Assembly: GCA_013152485.1 (NCBI GenBank)
Contig: JAADGG010000041.1
Span: 30,791-94,790 of the forward strand
Reading direction: 5' to 3'
From: Nitrospirota bacterium
GTDB taxonomy: Bacteria > Nitrospirota > Thermodesulfovibrionia > Thermodesulfovibrionales > JdFR-85
DNA length: 64,000 bases
The first letter of the stretch is position 1. Every line of letters starts with the position of its first letter. Below the pieces are notes generated by a model. It was not told the origin of the DNA, did no database searches, and saw nothing but the letters and a program-made list of their open reading frames with translations. The position numbers and the translations under genes are program-made. Below, one piece after another: positions 45,171 through 55,922 of this stretch.

Positions 45171-46352
45171 TCACACATCATAACGCCTCGTGCCTCCGTA
45201 ATCCCGGTGAGCATCGTAAATCTCCCTGAACATCCTGGCCGAGTCCTTGAAAGCCTCGAGCACATGCGGGTCGAAATGTTCGGGCCTGGTCCTCGTATCA
45301 CCGACGGTCAGTATGTTTACGACACTCTCGTGATCCAGCACGGGCTTGTAGGGCCGCCTGCTCCTCAGTGCATCATACTGGTCGACGATGTTCATTATCC
45401 TCCCGGATACCGGAATCTCTTCCCCCATCAGACCGTTCGGATAGCCGCCGCCGCTCCACCTTTCGTGATGGGTGAGGGCTATCTCCTCGGCCATCTTCAG
45501 ATAGGGGGACTTCGAGTTGCTCAGGATCTTTGCTCCTATGACGGTATGGGTCTTGACCAACTCCCATTCCTCGGGCGTGAGCCCCTCCTGCTTGAGAAGG
45601 ACACGGTCTGGAACACCCACCTTGCCGATGTCGTGCATCGGCGAGGCGTAGTAGATGGTCTCGATATATTCCTTGCTCATGCCGAGAGCAGATGCGAGCT
45701 CCTTTGCGTACAGACTGATCCTCTTTATGTGGGCGCCGCTGTCTTCGTCCTTGTACTCAGAGGCGAGGGTAAGGCGGTAAACCGTCTCCACATAGCCCGT
45801 CTTGATCCTCCTGTAGACCTTCTCAAGCCTCTCGAAGGCCCACTCGAGGGCTTTTATCCTCGTCGCCACCTGTTCCTCGAGCACCTGTTTGTGCTCTCTG
45901 AGAAAGTCGCGGCACTCCTTGAGCTTCAGCAGGTTCTTCACCCTGAGCGTAAACTCGATTGAGTCGAACGGCTTTACGAGAAAGTCGTCAACCCCCTTTG
46001 CAATGCCTGCCCGTCGTTCCAACGGGGAATCACAGACTGAAAGGACAACGATCGGAATGTGTTCGGTCAGCTCACTGGACTTCAGCCTCTCCACGATCTC
46101 GAATCCGTTCATGCCCCGCATGGTTACATTCATGAGGATAAGGTCCGGCAGGTACTGGAGAGTATGTTCAAACGTCTCATAGGCATCCTTCGCCACTATG
46201 GTTTCATAACCGTGGTCTTCACAGAATGCCTTCAAGAGCTTCACGTCCTTTTCATCATCGTCAACAATGAGGACCCTGAATACCTTCTCCCTATGGTTCA
46301 ATCCTGTTTTCACTATCCCCCCCTCAAAGGATCTCTTAGAAAGTTCACGCAC
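45171..46352 (-). CDS. Response regulator with HD-GYP phosphodiesterase domain (RpfG family)
   Basis: The receiver has [19 protein letters not shown]. The output domain has HDIGK and [14 protein letters not shown]. Confidence 0.9.
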   Translation of the reverse strand: MRELSKRSFEGGIVKTGLNHREKVFRVLIVDDDEKDVKLLKAFCEDHGYETIVAKDAYETFEHTLQYLPDLILMNVTMRGMNGFEIVERLKSSELTEHIPIVVLSVCDSPLERRAGIAKGVDDFLVKPFDSIEFTLRVKNLLKLKECRDFLREHKQVLEEQVATRIKALEWAFERLEKVYRRIKTGYVETVYRLTLASEYKDEDSGAHIKRISLYAKELASALGMSKEYIETIYYASPMHDIGKVGVPDRVLLKQEGLTPEEWELVKTHTVIGAKILSNSKSPYLKMAEEIALTHHERWSGGGYPNGLMGEEIPVSGRIMNIVDQYDALRSRRPYKPVLDHESVVNILTVGDTRTRPEHFDPHVLEAFKDSARMFREIYDAHRDYGGTRRYDV

Positions 46353-46651
46353 TCTTGACGGCTCTCACCCCCGGCAGCAGCAAGGCATGCACGTCGTCCT
46401 TCCCGACTTCCCTCCACGTCCGGAAAGGTTTTTTCCCGTCCCGGCCGCCCCGTCCCGCAGCGCACTGCCCGGCGAGATACCGCAGTATTTCAGGCTTTCG
46501 GGGCATGACGGACGGTATCCATAAAAAAATTCTATCACAAAGAGACAAAAAAAACGAGAAAAAAATAAACCCATGCTATAAAATAGAAGAACCGGATGGT
46601 GGCTTCTGAATAAAGTCATTTGCCGACTCACAAAAAAACAAGGAGGTCGAG

Positions 46652-48637
46652 ATGTCTGAAAAGGGGATTTCCGTCTTACTCGAAGAACAGAGGAGCTTTC
46701 CTCCTTCCGAGGAGTTTTCTCGCAGGGCCCATATCAAGAGTATGGCCGAGTACGAAGCACTCTATCGCCGCTCAGTCGAAGACCCCGAAGGCTTCTGGGC
46801 GGAGATGGCCGAGAAGAACATCTCGTGGTTCTCGAAGTGGGACAGGGTGCTCGAGTACGATTTTGAGAAGCCTTATGTGCGATGGTTCGCAGGCGGCAAA
46901 CTGAACGCCTCGTACAACTGTCTCGACAGGCACGTCAGAACCCCTCTGAGAAACAAGGCCGCCATTGTGTGGGAATCGGACGAGGGCCAGTACAGGACAT
47001 ATACATACCAGCAGCTCCATCACGAAGTCAACAGGTTCGCCAATGTCCTGAAGAAGCACGGCGTGGGCAGGGGCGACCGCGTAACCATATACCTGTCAAT
47101 GATCCCCGAGCTTGCAATAGCGATGCTTGCATGCGCAAGGATCGGAGCCATTCACAGCATCGTATTCGGCGGCTTCTCCTCCAAGTCCCTTAGAGACCGG
47201 ATAAACGACTGCACGGCAAAACTCGTCATCACCGCGGATGAAGGCATAAGGGGCGGCAGAAGGGTTCCGCTCAAGGCGAACGCCGATGAGGCACTGCTTG
47301 AGTGCCCGTCCGTCGAGAAGACGATCGTCGTCAGAAGGTCGTCGGGAAACATAGAGATGAAGCCGGGCAGGGACTTCTGGTGGCACGAAGAGATGGCGGC
47401 AGAGGACATAGCCAACTACTGCGAGCCCGAGCAGATGGACGCGGAGGATCCCCTGTTCATACTCTACACTTCCGGATCGACCGGAAAACCCAAGGGGGTT
47501 CTTCACACAACCGGGGGGTATCTCCTGTATACGAACCTCACCTTCAAGTGGATCTTCGACTATCACGACGAGGACATCCACTTCTGCACGGCGGACATCG
47601 GATGGATAACCGGGCACAGCTATATCGTCTACGGACCGCTCTCCGCCGGTGCCACGTCTCTGATGTTCGAAGGGATCCCGAACTACCCCGACCCCGGCAG
47701 GTTCTGGGACATTGTGGACAAGCACCAGGTGAACATACTCTATACCGCTCCCACTGTAATAAGGGCCCTGATGAGGGAGGGCGAGCAGTGGGTCTACAAG
47801 TATGACCTGTCGAGCCTCAGGCTCCTCGGCACGGTCGGGGAACCTATAAACCCTGAGGCGTGGATGTGGTACTACACACACGTGGGAAAGAAGAAGCTTC
47901 CCATTGTGGATACGTGGTGGCAGACGGAGACGGGCGGAATACTGATCACCCCCTTGCCGGGCGCCATGACGCTGAAGCCCGGCTCCGCCAACAGGCCCTT
48001 CCCCGGGGTCGTGCCGAGGATATTGAAGGAGGACGGCACCCCGGCCGCAGTGAACGAGGGAGGGTATCTCGTCATGGAGAAGCCCTGGCCCGGCATGCTC
48101 AGGGGCATGTTCGGAGATGTCGAGGGAAAGAGATTCAAAGAGGTCTATTTCAGCAGGTTCCCGGGCAGGTATTTCACCGGAGACGGCGCAAGGGTCGACG
48201 AAGACGGAGACTTCTGGCTCATGGGCAGGATAGACGACGTCCTGAACGTCTCGGGCCACAGGATCGGCACTGCAGAGGTGGAGTCGGCCCTCGTCAGCCA
48301 CGAAAAGGTTGCAGAGGCTGCAGTGGTCGGTTATCCTCACGAGATAAAGGGCGAGGGTATATACGTATTCGTCGTGCTGCAGGAAGGGATCCAGCCTGAT
48401 GAGGCCCTGCAGGAAGAGCTCAAGAACCATGTGAGAAAGCTTATCGGACCGATTGCAAAACCCGACAAGATGCAGTTCGCTCCTGGATTGCCCAAGACCC
48501 GGAGCGGCAAGATAATGAGAAGGATCCTCCGGAAGATCGCGCGCGGGGACACCGAGGACCTGGGCGACATATCGACACTCGCCGATCCCTCCGTTGTCGA
48601 CGAGCTCGTGAGGAACCGGATTCAGGACACCGCATGA
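46652..48637 (+). CDS. acs: Acetyl-CoA synthetase
   Basis: [19 protein letters not shown], and the length of about 660 aa. Confidence 0.95.
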   Translation: MSEKGISVLLEEQRSFPPSEEFSRRAHIKSMAEYEALYRRSVEDPEGFWAEMAEKNISWFSKWDRVLEYDFEKPYVRWFAGGKLNASYNCLDRHVRTPLRNKAAIVWESDEGQYRTYTYQQLHHEVNRFANVLKKHGVGRGDRVTIYLSMIPELAIAMLACARIGAIHSIVFGGFSSKSLRDRINDCTAKLVITADEGIRGGRRVPLKANADEALLECPSVEKTIVVRRSSGNIEMKPGRDFWWHEEMAAEDIANYCEPEQMDAEDPLFILYTSGSTGKPKGVLHTTGGYLLYTNLTFKWIFDYHDEDIHFCTADIGWITGHSYIVYGPLSAGATSLMFEGIPNYPDPGRFWDIVDKHQVNILYTAPTVIRALMREGEQWVYKYDLSSLRLLGTVGEPINPEAWMWYYTHVGKKKLPIVDTWWQTETGGILITPLPGAMTLKPGSANRPFPGVVPRILKEDGTPAAVNEGGYLVMEKPWPGMLRGMFGDVEGKRFKEVYFSRFPGRYFTGDGARVDEDGDFWLMGRIDDVLNVSGHRIGTAEVESALVSHEKVAEAAVVGYPHEIKGEGIYVFVVLQEGIQPDEALQEELKNHVRKLIGPIAKPDKMQFAPGLPKTRSGKIMRRILRKIARGDTEDLGDISTLADPSVVDELVRNRIQDTA

Positions 48638-48849
48638 GGAAACAGCGGAAACGCTCGGGATAGGCGCTCCAAGGCCTCCTTTACATCTCGACGATCACTA
48701 TGGTATCCTTTATGGTACACTGTTTTGGTTCAGCTCAAATCGACCGAAATCAACGAGGAGGCCCGCGCCCAACCCGCAGCCGGGAGAAAGGGCCGTGTGG
48801 TTTGTCGCGGCCTTCAAACCATTCAAAACCAGGAGAAAGGGGTGATACA

Positions 48850-49119
48850 GTGCCTCTCACAAAAGAGAGAAAGAACGGCATCATCGAGGCATTCAAGGTA
48901 CACGCAAAGGATACGGGGTCACCCGAGGTCCAAGTGGCTTTGCTCACGGAGAGGATAACTTACCTGACGGAACACTTCAAGGTCCATAAAAAAGACCATC
49001 ATTCAAGGAGGGGATTGCTGAAGCTGGTCTCCCAGAGGAGAAAGCTCCTTGATTACCTGAAGTCCCGGGACAGACAGCGGTACGAGAAGCTCATTGAGCG
49101 CTTAGGATTAAGAAAGTAG
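48850..49119 (+). CDS. rpsO: 30S ribosomal protein S15
   Basis: The GTG start is preceded by [45 protein letters not shown]. Confidence 0.93.
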   Translation: MPLTKERKNGIIEAFKVHAKDTGSPEVQVALLTERITYLTEHFKVHKKDHHSRRGLLKLVSQRRKLLDYLKSRDRQRYEKLIERLGLRK

Positions 49120-49133
49120 AGGTGACAACTCAG

Positions 49134-51275
49134 ATGTCAGAAATCGATGCTCCACAGAATTGTGACGGGACCGTTCCGTACAGGGAAAAGCATGAGATCA
49201 GAGAACACCAGCTTGTGATAGAGACCGGAGAACTTGCAAAACAGTCCGACGGCTCAGCCCTTATAAGTTACGGCGACACCGTAGTACTCGCCACGGCAGT
49301 GGCTGCGAAGAGGGAAAGGAAGGACATAGACTTCTTTCCCTTGACCATAGACTACCAGGAAAAGGCTTACGCTGCAGGCAAGATACCGGGGGGGTTCTTC
49401 AAGAGGGAAGGGAAGCCTTCAGAGAAGGAAGTGCTGGCATCCCGCCTGATAGACAGGCCCATCAGACCCCTGTTCCCGGACGGGTTCCGCTCAGAGACCC
49501 AGGGAATAGCTTCCGTCATCTCGTTCGGAGACGAAAACGTATCGGACATACTCGGGATAATCGGGGTGTCCACCGCTCTCATGATATCGGACATCCCCTT
49601 CAACGGTCCGGTATCGGCCGTGAGGATCGGCAGGATCGACGGCGAATTCGTGCTCTGTCCATCCCTTGAAGAGACGGAGAAGATGGAACTCAACTTTGTA
49701 GTCGCCGGAACGGACGATGCAGTCATGATGGTCGAAGGCAGTGCAACCGAGGTGTCGGAGGAAGTGGTCCTTGAGGCGATAGATACCGCCCATGAAGAGA
49801 TAAAGAAGATAAACGCCGTGCAGAGACGGCTTGCACAGGCATGCGGGAAACCGAAAAGACAGCTCACCCCGACCGAAATCGACGAGAACCTGAAGGAAGA
49901 GGTGAAAGGCTTCGTGCTCGAGAGGATGAAGGAGGCCGTGAGGATCCCCTCCAAGATGAAGAGACAGGAGGCCTTGGACCTTCTGCTCGAGGAAGCGCTC
50001 GAGAAGTTCGGCTCCGAGGAAGACGACAGGTCGAAGGAGATCTCGGGGATTTTCCATGACATTGAAAAAGACCTCGTGAGGAGGATGATCATAGACGAAG
50101 GCGTCAGGGCCGACGGAAGGAGGCCCGAGGAAATAAGGCACATATACAGCAAGGTGGGGTTCCTGCCTCGGGTACACGGGTCCGCCCTCTTTGTCAGGGG
50201 CGAGACACAGGCCCTCGTGGCGGTCACCCTCGGAACGGCATCCGACGAGCAGAGGATAGACGCGCTGGAAGGCGAGACATTCAAGTCCTTCATGCTGCAC
50301 TACAACTTTCCTCCGTTCAGTGTAGGAGAGGTCAGGAGACTGGGTTTCACGGGCAGAAGGGAGATAGGCCACGGTGCACTCGCTGAGAAGGCCCTGAAAC
50401 CGGTAATCCCGTCGAAGGAGAAGTTCCCCTACACCATCCGGGTCGTCTCGGATATCCTCGAATCGAACGGTTCCTCCTCCATGGCGACCGTCTGCGGCGC
50501 GACCCTCGCGCTGATGGACGCCGGAGTGCCCATAGAAACACCCGTTGCAGGCATTGCAATGGGACTCATACACGAAAGCGACAAGACCGTGATACTGTCT
50601 GACATACTCGGCCTCGAAGACCACCTCGGAGACATGGACTTCAAGGTAACGGGGACGCGAAACGGCGTAACGGCCTTCCAGATGGATGTCAAGATCAGCG
50701 GCATAACCAGACAGATCATGGAGGCGGCCCTCGAGCAGGCAAGAAGAGGGAGGCTGCACATACTGGACAAGATGAACGAGACACTCCCGGCACCGCGGAA
50801 GAACCTCGCACCGAACGCCCCGAGGATATACACCATCCAGATCAAGCCGGAAAAGATACGGGACGTCATCGGTGTCGGCGGCAAGGTCATCAGAGGCATA
50901 ACCGAACAGACAGGCGTGAAGATAGACATAAACGACAACGGACTCGTCAACATCGCATCTGCTGATGAGGCATCCGCCATGAAGGCCAAAGAGATCATCG
51001 AAGGGATCGTCCAGGAGGTGGAAGTCGGCAAGATCTACATGGGAAAGGTCAAGAAGATCGTGGACTTCGGCGCCTTCGTGGAAGTACTGCCGGGAGTGGA
51101 GGGACTCCTGCACATCTCCCAGATAGCAGAGGAACGGGTCGGGAAGGTTACGGACGTCATCAATTACGGCGACGAGGTCCCCGTCAAGGTCATCGAGATA
51201 GATGACATGGGAAGACTCAAGTTGAGCAGAAAAGAGGCCCTCCGCGAAGAGGCCAAGAGAAAGGCGAAGGGATGA
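49134..51275 (+). CDS. pnp: Polynucleotide phosphorylase
   Basis: Two RNase PH domains, a KH domain (VIGVGGKVIRGI) and an S1 domain (GKVKKIVDFGAFVE). The ATG at 49134 is preceded by GAGGTGA. Confidence 0.95.
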   Translation: MSEIDAPQNCDGTVPYREKHEIREHQLVIETGELAKQSDGSALISYGDTVVLATAVAAKRERKDIDFFPLTIDYQEKAYAAGKIPGGFFKREGKPSEKEVLASRLIDRPIRPLFPDGFRSETQGIASVISFGDENVSDILGIIGVSTALMISDIPFNGPVSAVRIGRIDGEFVLCPSLEETEKMELNFVVAGTDDAVMMVEGSATEVSEEVVLEAIDTAHEEIKKINAVQRRLAQACGKPKRQLTPTEIDENLKEEVKGFVLERMKEAVRIPSKMKRQEALDLLLEEALEKFGSEEDDRSKEISGIFHDIEKDLVRRMIIDEGVRADGRRPEEIRHIYSKVGFLPRVHGSALFVRGETQALVAVTLGTASDEQRIDALEGETFKSFMLHYNFPPFSVGEVRRLGFTGRREIGHGALAEKALKPVIPSKEKFPYTIRVVSDILESNGSSSMATVCGATLALMDAGVPIETPVAGIAMGLIHESDKTVILSDILGLEDHLGDMDFKVTGTRNGVTAFQMDVKISGITRQIMEAALEQARRGRLHILDKMNETLPAPRKNLAPNAPRIYTIQIKPEKIRDVIGVGGKVIRGITEQTGVKIDINDNGLVNIASADEASAMKAKEIIEGIVQEVEVGKIYMGKVKKIVDFGAFVEVLPGVEGLLHISQIAEERVGKVTDVINYGDEVPVKVIEIDDMGRLKLSRKEALREEAKRKAKG

Positions 51276-51284
51276 CCGTCTCCG

Positions 51285-51306
51285 CCTCGAGAAGGCCTTC
51301 TCGAGG
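51285..51306 (+). terminator. Hairpin after pnp
   Basis: cctcgagaa-ggcc-ttctcgagg lies 10 nt after the pnp stop. The T-tract that follows is weak (ctgatttg). Confidence 0.35.
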
Positions 51307-51455
51307 AGCAGGCCTTCTGATTTGTCCTTCAACAGAATGACCATGTGCCCTCTGGCCCAGCTCTCCTGCCCCATATCCTGTCCGCCTCAGGCTCGGGCAG
51401 ACGACGGAGAAACCGGAATATCAGACTGTCCATCGGATCATCAGGAGTGAAACAG

Positions 51456-52688
51456 GTGTTCAGAAGAGGATATCTTGACAACGGGATACCGGTACTGATG
51501 GAACGTATACGCGGCGTGCGTTCAGTGTGCCTCGGCATCTGGGTAAAGGTGGGTTCCCGATACGAAACTCGGCAGACGAACGGAATCTCCCACTTCCTGG
51601 AACACATGTTCTTCAAAGGAACCGAAAACCGCTCCCAGAAAGAGATAGCGGTTGAGATAGACTCGCTCGGCGGAGACCTCAACGCCTACACGTCCAAAGA
51701 GACGACGACGTTCTACATAAAGCTGCTCGACGACTATCTGGACAAGGGGATCGAGCTTCTCATGGACATCTTTCTCAACTCGAAACTCCCGGAGGACGAG
51801 ATCGAGAAGGAAAAGGGCATCGTGATCGAAGAGATAAAGATGGTGGAAGACACCCCCGATGACTACATACACGACCTCTTCAGTGAATACGCCTGGAACC
51901 GGGAGGGACTCGGCCTGGGGATTCTCGGCACCAGGAAGACCGTCAGGTCGTTCACCAGGAAGGATCTGCTTGAACATATCAGAAAATACTACACCGTCGA
52001 CAACATCGTCATATCGTGTGCAGGCAACATAGAGCATGAAAACGTCCTCGGGATGCTCAACGGCTACATGGGCTCTGCGAGCAACACCTCCTCGGCCAGC
52101 TCACTCTCGCGGCCGACGTTCCGTCACGGCACAAAGGTGGTGACAAAGGACTGTGCCGAGGTGCACCTGTGTATCGGTACGGAGGGCATTGCCCAGGGGA
52201 GTCCCGAACGGTACGCAATGCTGCTGATGAATACGGTAGTGGGTGCAGGGGTCAGTTCGAGGCTCTTTCAGGAGATCAGGGAGCAGCGGGGGCTCGCCTA
52301 CTCCGTCTATTCCTACATCTCCTCCTATCACGATTCCGGCCTTTTCAGCGTGTATGCCGGAACGGGCAGGAAGAGATACCAGCAGGTGATCGACCTGGTA
52401 AGGGACGAACTCGTCGGCCTGAGGGACACCCTGTCCGAAGACGAGCTGACAAGGGCGAAAAAGCAGCTCAAGGGGAACCTCGTCCTCGCACTCGAGTCCA
52501 CATCCGGCAGGATGAACAACCTCGCCCGGCAGGAAATATACTACGGAAAACACATTACCCCGTCAGAAATAATCAAGGCGATCGACGGTGTCCGGTTCTC
52601 AGAGGTCAGAGACCTCGCCGACAGGCTCTTCACAGACAGGAGGTTCGCTCTCACGGTTCTCGGTCCCGTCAAGAATGCATCGGTCTAA
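51456..52688 (+). CDS. M16-family (insulinase-type) zinc peptidase
   Basis: HFLEHMFFKGT (HxxEH zinc motif). The GTG at 51456 is preceded by AGGAG. Confidence 0.85.
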   Translation: MFRRGYLDNGIPVLMERIRGVRSVCLGIWVKVGSRYETRQTNGISHFLEHMFFKGTENRSQKEIAVEIDSLGGDLNAYTSKETTTFYIKLLDDYLDKGIELLMDIFLNSKLPEDEIEKEKGIVIEEIKMVEDTPDDYIHDLFSEYAWNREGLGLGILGTRKTVRSFTRKDLLEHIRKYYTVDNIVISCAGNIEHENVLGMLNGYMGSASNTSSASSLSRPTFRHGTKVVTKDCAEVHLCIGTEGIAQGSPERYAMLLMNTVVGAGVSSRLFQEIREQRGLAYSVYSYISSYHDSGLFSVYAGTGRKRYQQVIDLVRDELVGLRDTLSEDELTRAKKQLKGNLVLALESTSGRMNNLARQEIYYGKHITPSEIIKAIDGVRFSEVRDLADRLFTDRRFALTVLGPVKNASV

Positions 52689-53488
52689 CCCTTGATGATC
52701 CCGACCGTGTCCCCTATCCTGATGCCGAAACTCTCCGCCGCATTCCCCCTGCAGATGAAGAACTCGAGGAAGCCGAAACTGTTGATGAGACAGTACAGTT
52801 CCTTGTCGTCCACCTCTGCATAGCAGCTTTTGACCGGAACCACCCTGCCCTTCAGCACTATCCTCAACCTCCCGCCCCCGTTCACGGAATCATTGAGGAG
52901 GTCCGACGATATGTTGGTGATCGCATTACCGAAACGGTCGATGTATATGACCTCGCCCTCGATCGTGTTCCTCGACGGCATCCCGGGTTCAGGCAGGTGT
53001 ATGTTCATGAAGTCGTCTATACGGACGCCGAAATGATCGACCGGAATCCCCTTTGAAAGCCAGGCGGCCACAGGGGCGAAGATATCCCTGCCATGAAACG
53101 TCGTGGAATCCTTCTTCAGGAAGTAATGCTCGGAGGTTATGTGGATCACGCGCAAAGAGTCCTTCTCCTTCCTGTACACCATCGAAAACACACCATTGTC
53201 CGGACCGACGAAGTAGTGATTCTGAGTCGCCACTATGATGGGCCTCCTGCTCGAACCGACCCCGGGATCCACCACCACGAGGTGGATTGTTCTTACGGGA
53301 AAGTACTCGTAACTCATGCCTGTAAGGACGGCACCCTCCCTGATGTTGTGCGGTGAGATCTCGTGTGATATGTCCACAAGCTCAACGTCAGGGTTGGTAT
53401 TGAGAATCACGCCCTTCATCTGCCCCACGAAGGGGTCCCTCGTACCGAAATCGGATGTCAATGTGATCAAAGGTCTTCTCGTTCCCAT
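52685..53488 (-). CDS. SAM hydrolase / SAM-dependent halogenase family protein (DUF62)
   Basis: LITLTSDFGTRDPFVGQMKGVI and HVVVVDPGVGS. Confidence 0.85.
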   Translation of the reverse strand: MGTRRPLITLTSDFGTRDPFVGQMKGVILNTNPDVELVDISHEISPHNIREGAVLTGMSYEYFPVRTIHLVVVDPGVGSSRRPIIVATQNHYFVGPDNGVFSMVYRKEKDSLRVIHITSEHYFLKKDSTTFHGRDIFAPVAAWLSKGIPVDHFGVRIDDFMNIHLPEPGMPSRNTIEGEVIYIDRFGNAITNISSDLLNDSVNGGGRLRIVLKGRVVPVKSCYAEVDDKELYCLINSFGFLEFFICRGNAAESFGIRIGDTVGIIKG

Positions 53489-54390
53489 AACAAGCCTCCT
53501 TTAATAGTCGAAATATCCCCGATCCCATGGGCCGCCATATAGTCTCTGATGCCGGTTATTATATCCGTTGTCGCAGTCGGCGTAACAAAGTTTGCGGTGC
53601 CGACCGCCACGGCAGCGGCTCCGGCAAGCATGTATTCGACGGCATCCTCTCCGCTCATGATTCCACCGGAACCTATCACGGGAATGCCGACCGCCTTGAA
53701 GACCTCCCAGACCATCCTGACCCCGATGGGCTTGATGGCAGGACCTGACAGTCCTCCGGTTACGTTCGCCAGCTTGGGCCTCCTCGTATTTATGTCGATG
53801 GCCATTCCTGTAACGGTATTTATCAGGGACACTGCGTCGGCACCCGCATCCTCCGCAACCCTCGCCATTTGTGCGATGTCGGTAACGTTGGGCGAGAGCT
53901 TGACTATGAGGGTAAGGTCCGTCACCCTCCTCACAGCGCTTACGACCTCGAAGGTCACCTCCGGGTCAGTGCCGAAAACGAGCCAGCCCGCCTGCTTGTT
54001 GGGGCAGGATATGTTCATCTCGAGCCCGTCTATGCCGTCGGCGCGGCTCAGCCTCTCTGCAGCGCCGACAAACTCGTCTATGGAATCCCCGAAGAAGTTG
54101 GCTATCACTGGCACGTCAAACTGCTCGAGAAACGGCAGTTTCTCCTCTATGAACCTCTCCACCCCTATGTTCTGAAGGCCTATGGCATTGAGCATCCCGG
54201 CGGGTGTTTCGACGATACGCGGTGGCGGATTCCCCTCCCTCGGCTTCAGCGAAAGCCCCTTCGTCACGATCGCACCCAGCAGGGAAAGGTCGACGAACTC
54301 GGCATACTCTTCTCCGTAACCGAACGTTCCCGAGGCCGTCATGACCGGATTCTTGAGTGCAAGGTCCCCTATCTTGACCGAGAGGTTCAA
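53467..54390 (-). CDS. pyrD: Dihydroorotate dehydrogenase, catalytic subunit (class 1B)
   Basis: NPVMTASGTFG, NISCPN and GGLSG motifs. ATGA overlap with pyrK. Confidence 0.9.
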   Translation of the reverse strand: MNLSVKIGDLALKNPVMTASGTFGYGEEYAEFVDLSLLGAIVTKGLSLKPREGNPPPRIVETPAGMLNAIGLQNIGVERFIEEKLPFLEQFDVPVIANFFGDSIDEFVGAAERLSRADGIDGLEMNISCPNKQAGWLVFGTDPEVTFEVVSAVRRVTDLTLIVKLSPNVTDIAQMARVAEDAGADAVSLINTVTGMAIDINTRRPKLANVTGGLSGPAIKPIGVRMVWEVFKAVGIPVIGSGGIMSGEDAVEYMLAGAAAVAVGTANFVTPTATTDIITGIRDYMAAHGIGDISTIKGGLLWEREDL

Positions 54391-55151
54391 ACGGCTATCT
54401 CCCTTGCATCAAACACTGGGCCTTCCTTGCATACCCTCCGGTATCCCCGTACAGTCTCGACAACACAGCCCAGGCAGGCACCGACACCGCAGGCCATCCT
54501 CTCCTCGAGCGACACGTGCCCGGGGATCCCCCTCCTCCTCAGCATGCCGAGGAGAGACTTCGTCATACCTTCGGGGCCGCACGCATACACAACAGGACTT
54601 GGAACCGAGCTGCCATCCAGATACGCCGTCAAGCGCTCGACCGCATTGCCCCTGAAGCCCATGCTGCCGTCATCCGTGCTTACATGAAGATTCCGGGTGA
54701 GTCCCCTTATTTCATCGACGAGGTAGAGGTCCCCGGCACTTACGGCTCCATAGAAGAGCCGGACCTCGGGACGGAAACGCTCTATCAGCGGATAGACGGA
54801 TGCTATACCGACACCACCGGCAACGAGTATCGGGGTCTCGCCGTCGACTGGTTCGGGATAGCCGTTGCCGAGCGGCCCCAGGAGGTCTATCCTCTCGCCG
54901 GGCTTCATGTTCCTGAGAAGGAGCGTCCCCCTGCCCTTCAGCCTTATGAGGAATTCGAGACCGTCCTCGTCCCATCTCAGTATGCTCAACGGTCTCCGCA
55001 GTAGTGGATCGAGGGTCCCGGAGACTCTCAGAAGATAGAACTGTCCGGGATACGGCATTGTATGGGGTTGCAACGGTGTGATCTTGAGGATATTGTGAGT
55101 CCGGGACAGCAGAACATTCCCTGTGACCTCTGCCTGGAAGAACCTACTCAA
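54387..55151 (-). CDS. pyrK: Dihydroorotate dehydrogenase electron-transfer subunit
   Basis: FNR-like fold plus the C-terminal 2Fe-2S motif MACGVGACLGC. Confidence 0.88.
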   Translation of the reverse strand: MSRFFQAEVTGNVLLSRTHNILKITPLQPHTMPYPGQFYLLRVSGTLDPLLRRPLSILRWDEDGLEFLIRLKGRGTLLLRNMKPGERIDLLGPLGNGYPEPVDGETPILVAGGVGIASVYPLIERFRPEVRLFYGAVSAGDLYLVDEIRGLTRNLHVSTDDGSMGFRGNAVERLTAYLDGSSVPSPVVYACGPEGMTKSLLGMLRRRGIPGHVSLEERMACGVGACLGCVVETVRGYRRVCKEGPVFDAREIAV

Positions 55152-55617
55152 AACTGATCTCTATGATCTCATACTCTATGGTTTTCGCGGGAGCTTTCAC
55201 CACCACCGTATCCCCGACCTCCTTGCTCATCAATCCCCGGCCCACGGGCGAGGTGATCGAGATCTTGCCGCTGTTGACATCGGCCTCGTCTGGCCCGACG
55301 AGCTGGAACTCCTTCTCCTCGTCCGTCGACAGGTCATAAACCTTCACTTTTGCACCAAACGCCACCTTGCTGCCCTTGAGTTTCGAGGTGTCGATAACCT
55401 GGGCCATCGCTGTCTTGGCCTGTAGTTCCCTTATGCGGCCTTCGATGAAAGACTGCCTCTCCTTGGCGGCATGATATTCCGCATTCTCGCTCAGATCCCC
55501 ATGGGACCGCGCCTCCTCGATGTCCCTTATATTCTTCGGTCTCTCAACCCTGAGGAGATGCTCCAGTTCTTCCTTCAGTTTCCTGTAGCCTTCTTCTGTC
55601 ATGGGAACCCGGTTCAT
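55144..55617 (-). CDS. greA: Transcription elongation factor GreA
   Basis: HGDLSENAEYHAAKE and the C-terminal ISITSPVGRGL. Confidence 0.93.
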   Translation of the reverse strand: MNRVPMTEEGYRKLKEELEHLLRVERPKNIRDIEEARSHGDLSENAEYHAAKERQSFIEGRIRELQAKTAMAQVIDTSKLKGSKVAFGAKVKVYDLSTDEEKEFQLVGPDEADVNSGKISITSPVGRGLMSKEVGDTVVVKAPAKTIEYEIIEISFE

Positions 55618-55922
55618 GCTGACCTCCCCGATTCTGATCTAAGGTTGTAACATATTATGCGTGAATGATATAATGGTTGGTGACACAGTAATAATTTAAC
55701 CATTATTTTGCTTGCTTAGTCAACACTCGTCAAGTCGAAGTTTTTTTCAGACTCACAGTCTGTGGAGTTTGCTCACGATCCGGAAACACGACCGGAGAGA
55801 GGTTTTCCGGCAAGAGTACAGCAGAGGCCGCCGTATGGCACGGCTGCAGGAGATGAGGAGTTACACTGCGTGATCCATACGTCCTATTTTAACGATGCCG
55901 AACCCCGACAGACAGCGCTGAC

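Noticed and set aside
47096-48430. A 444-aa minus-strand ORF
   Set aside because: It is antisense to acetyl-CoA synthetase.
49491-51374. A 627-aa minus-strand ORF (and 49367..50293)
   Set aside because: It is antisense to pnp (RNase PH/KH/S1 domains on the + strand). Compositional artefact.
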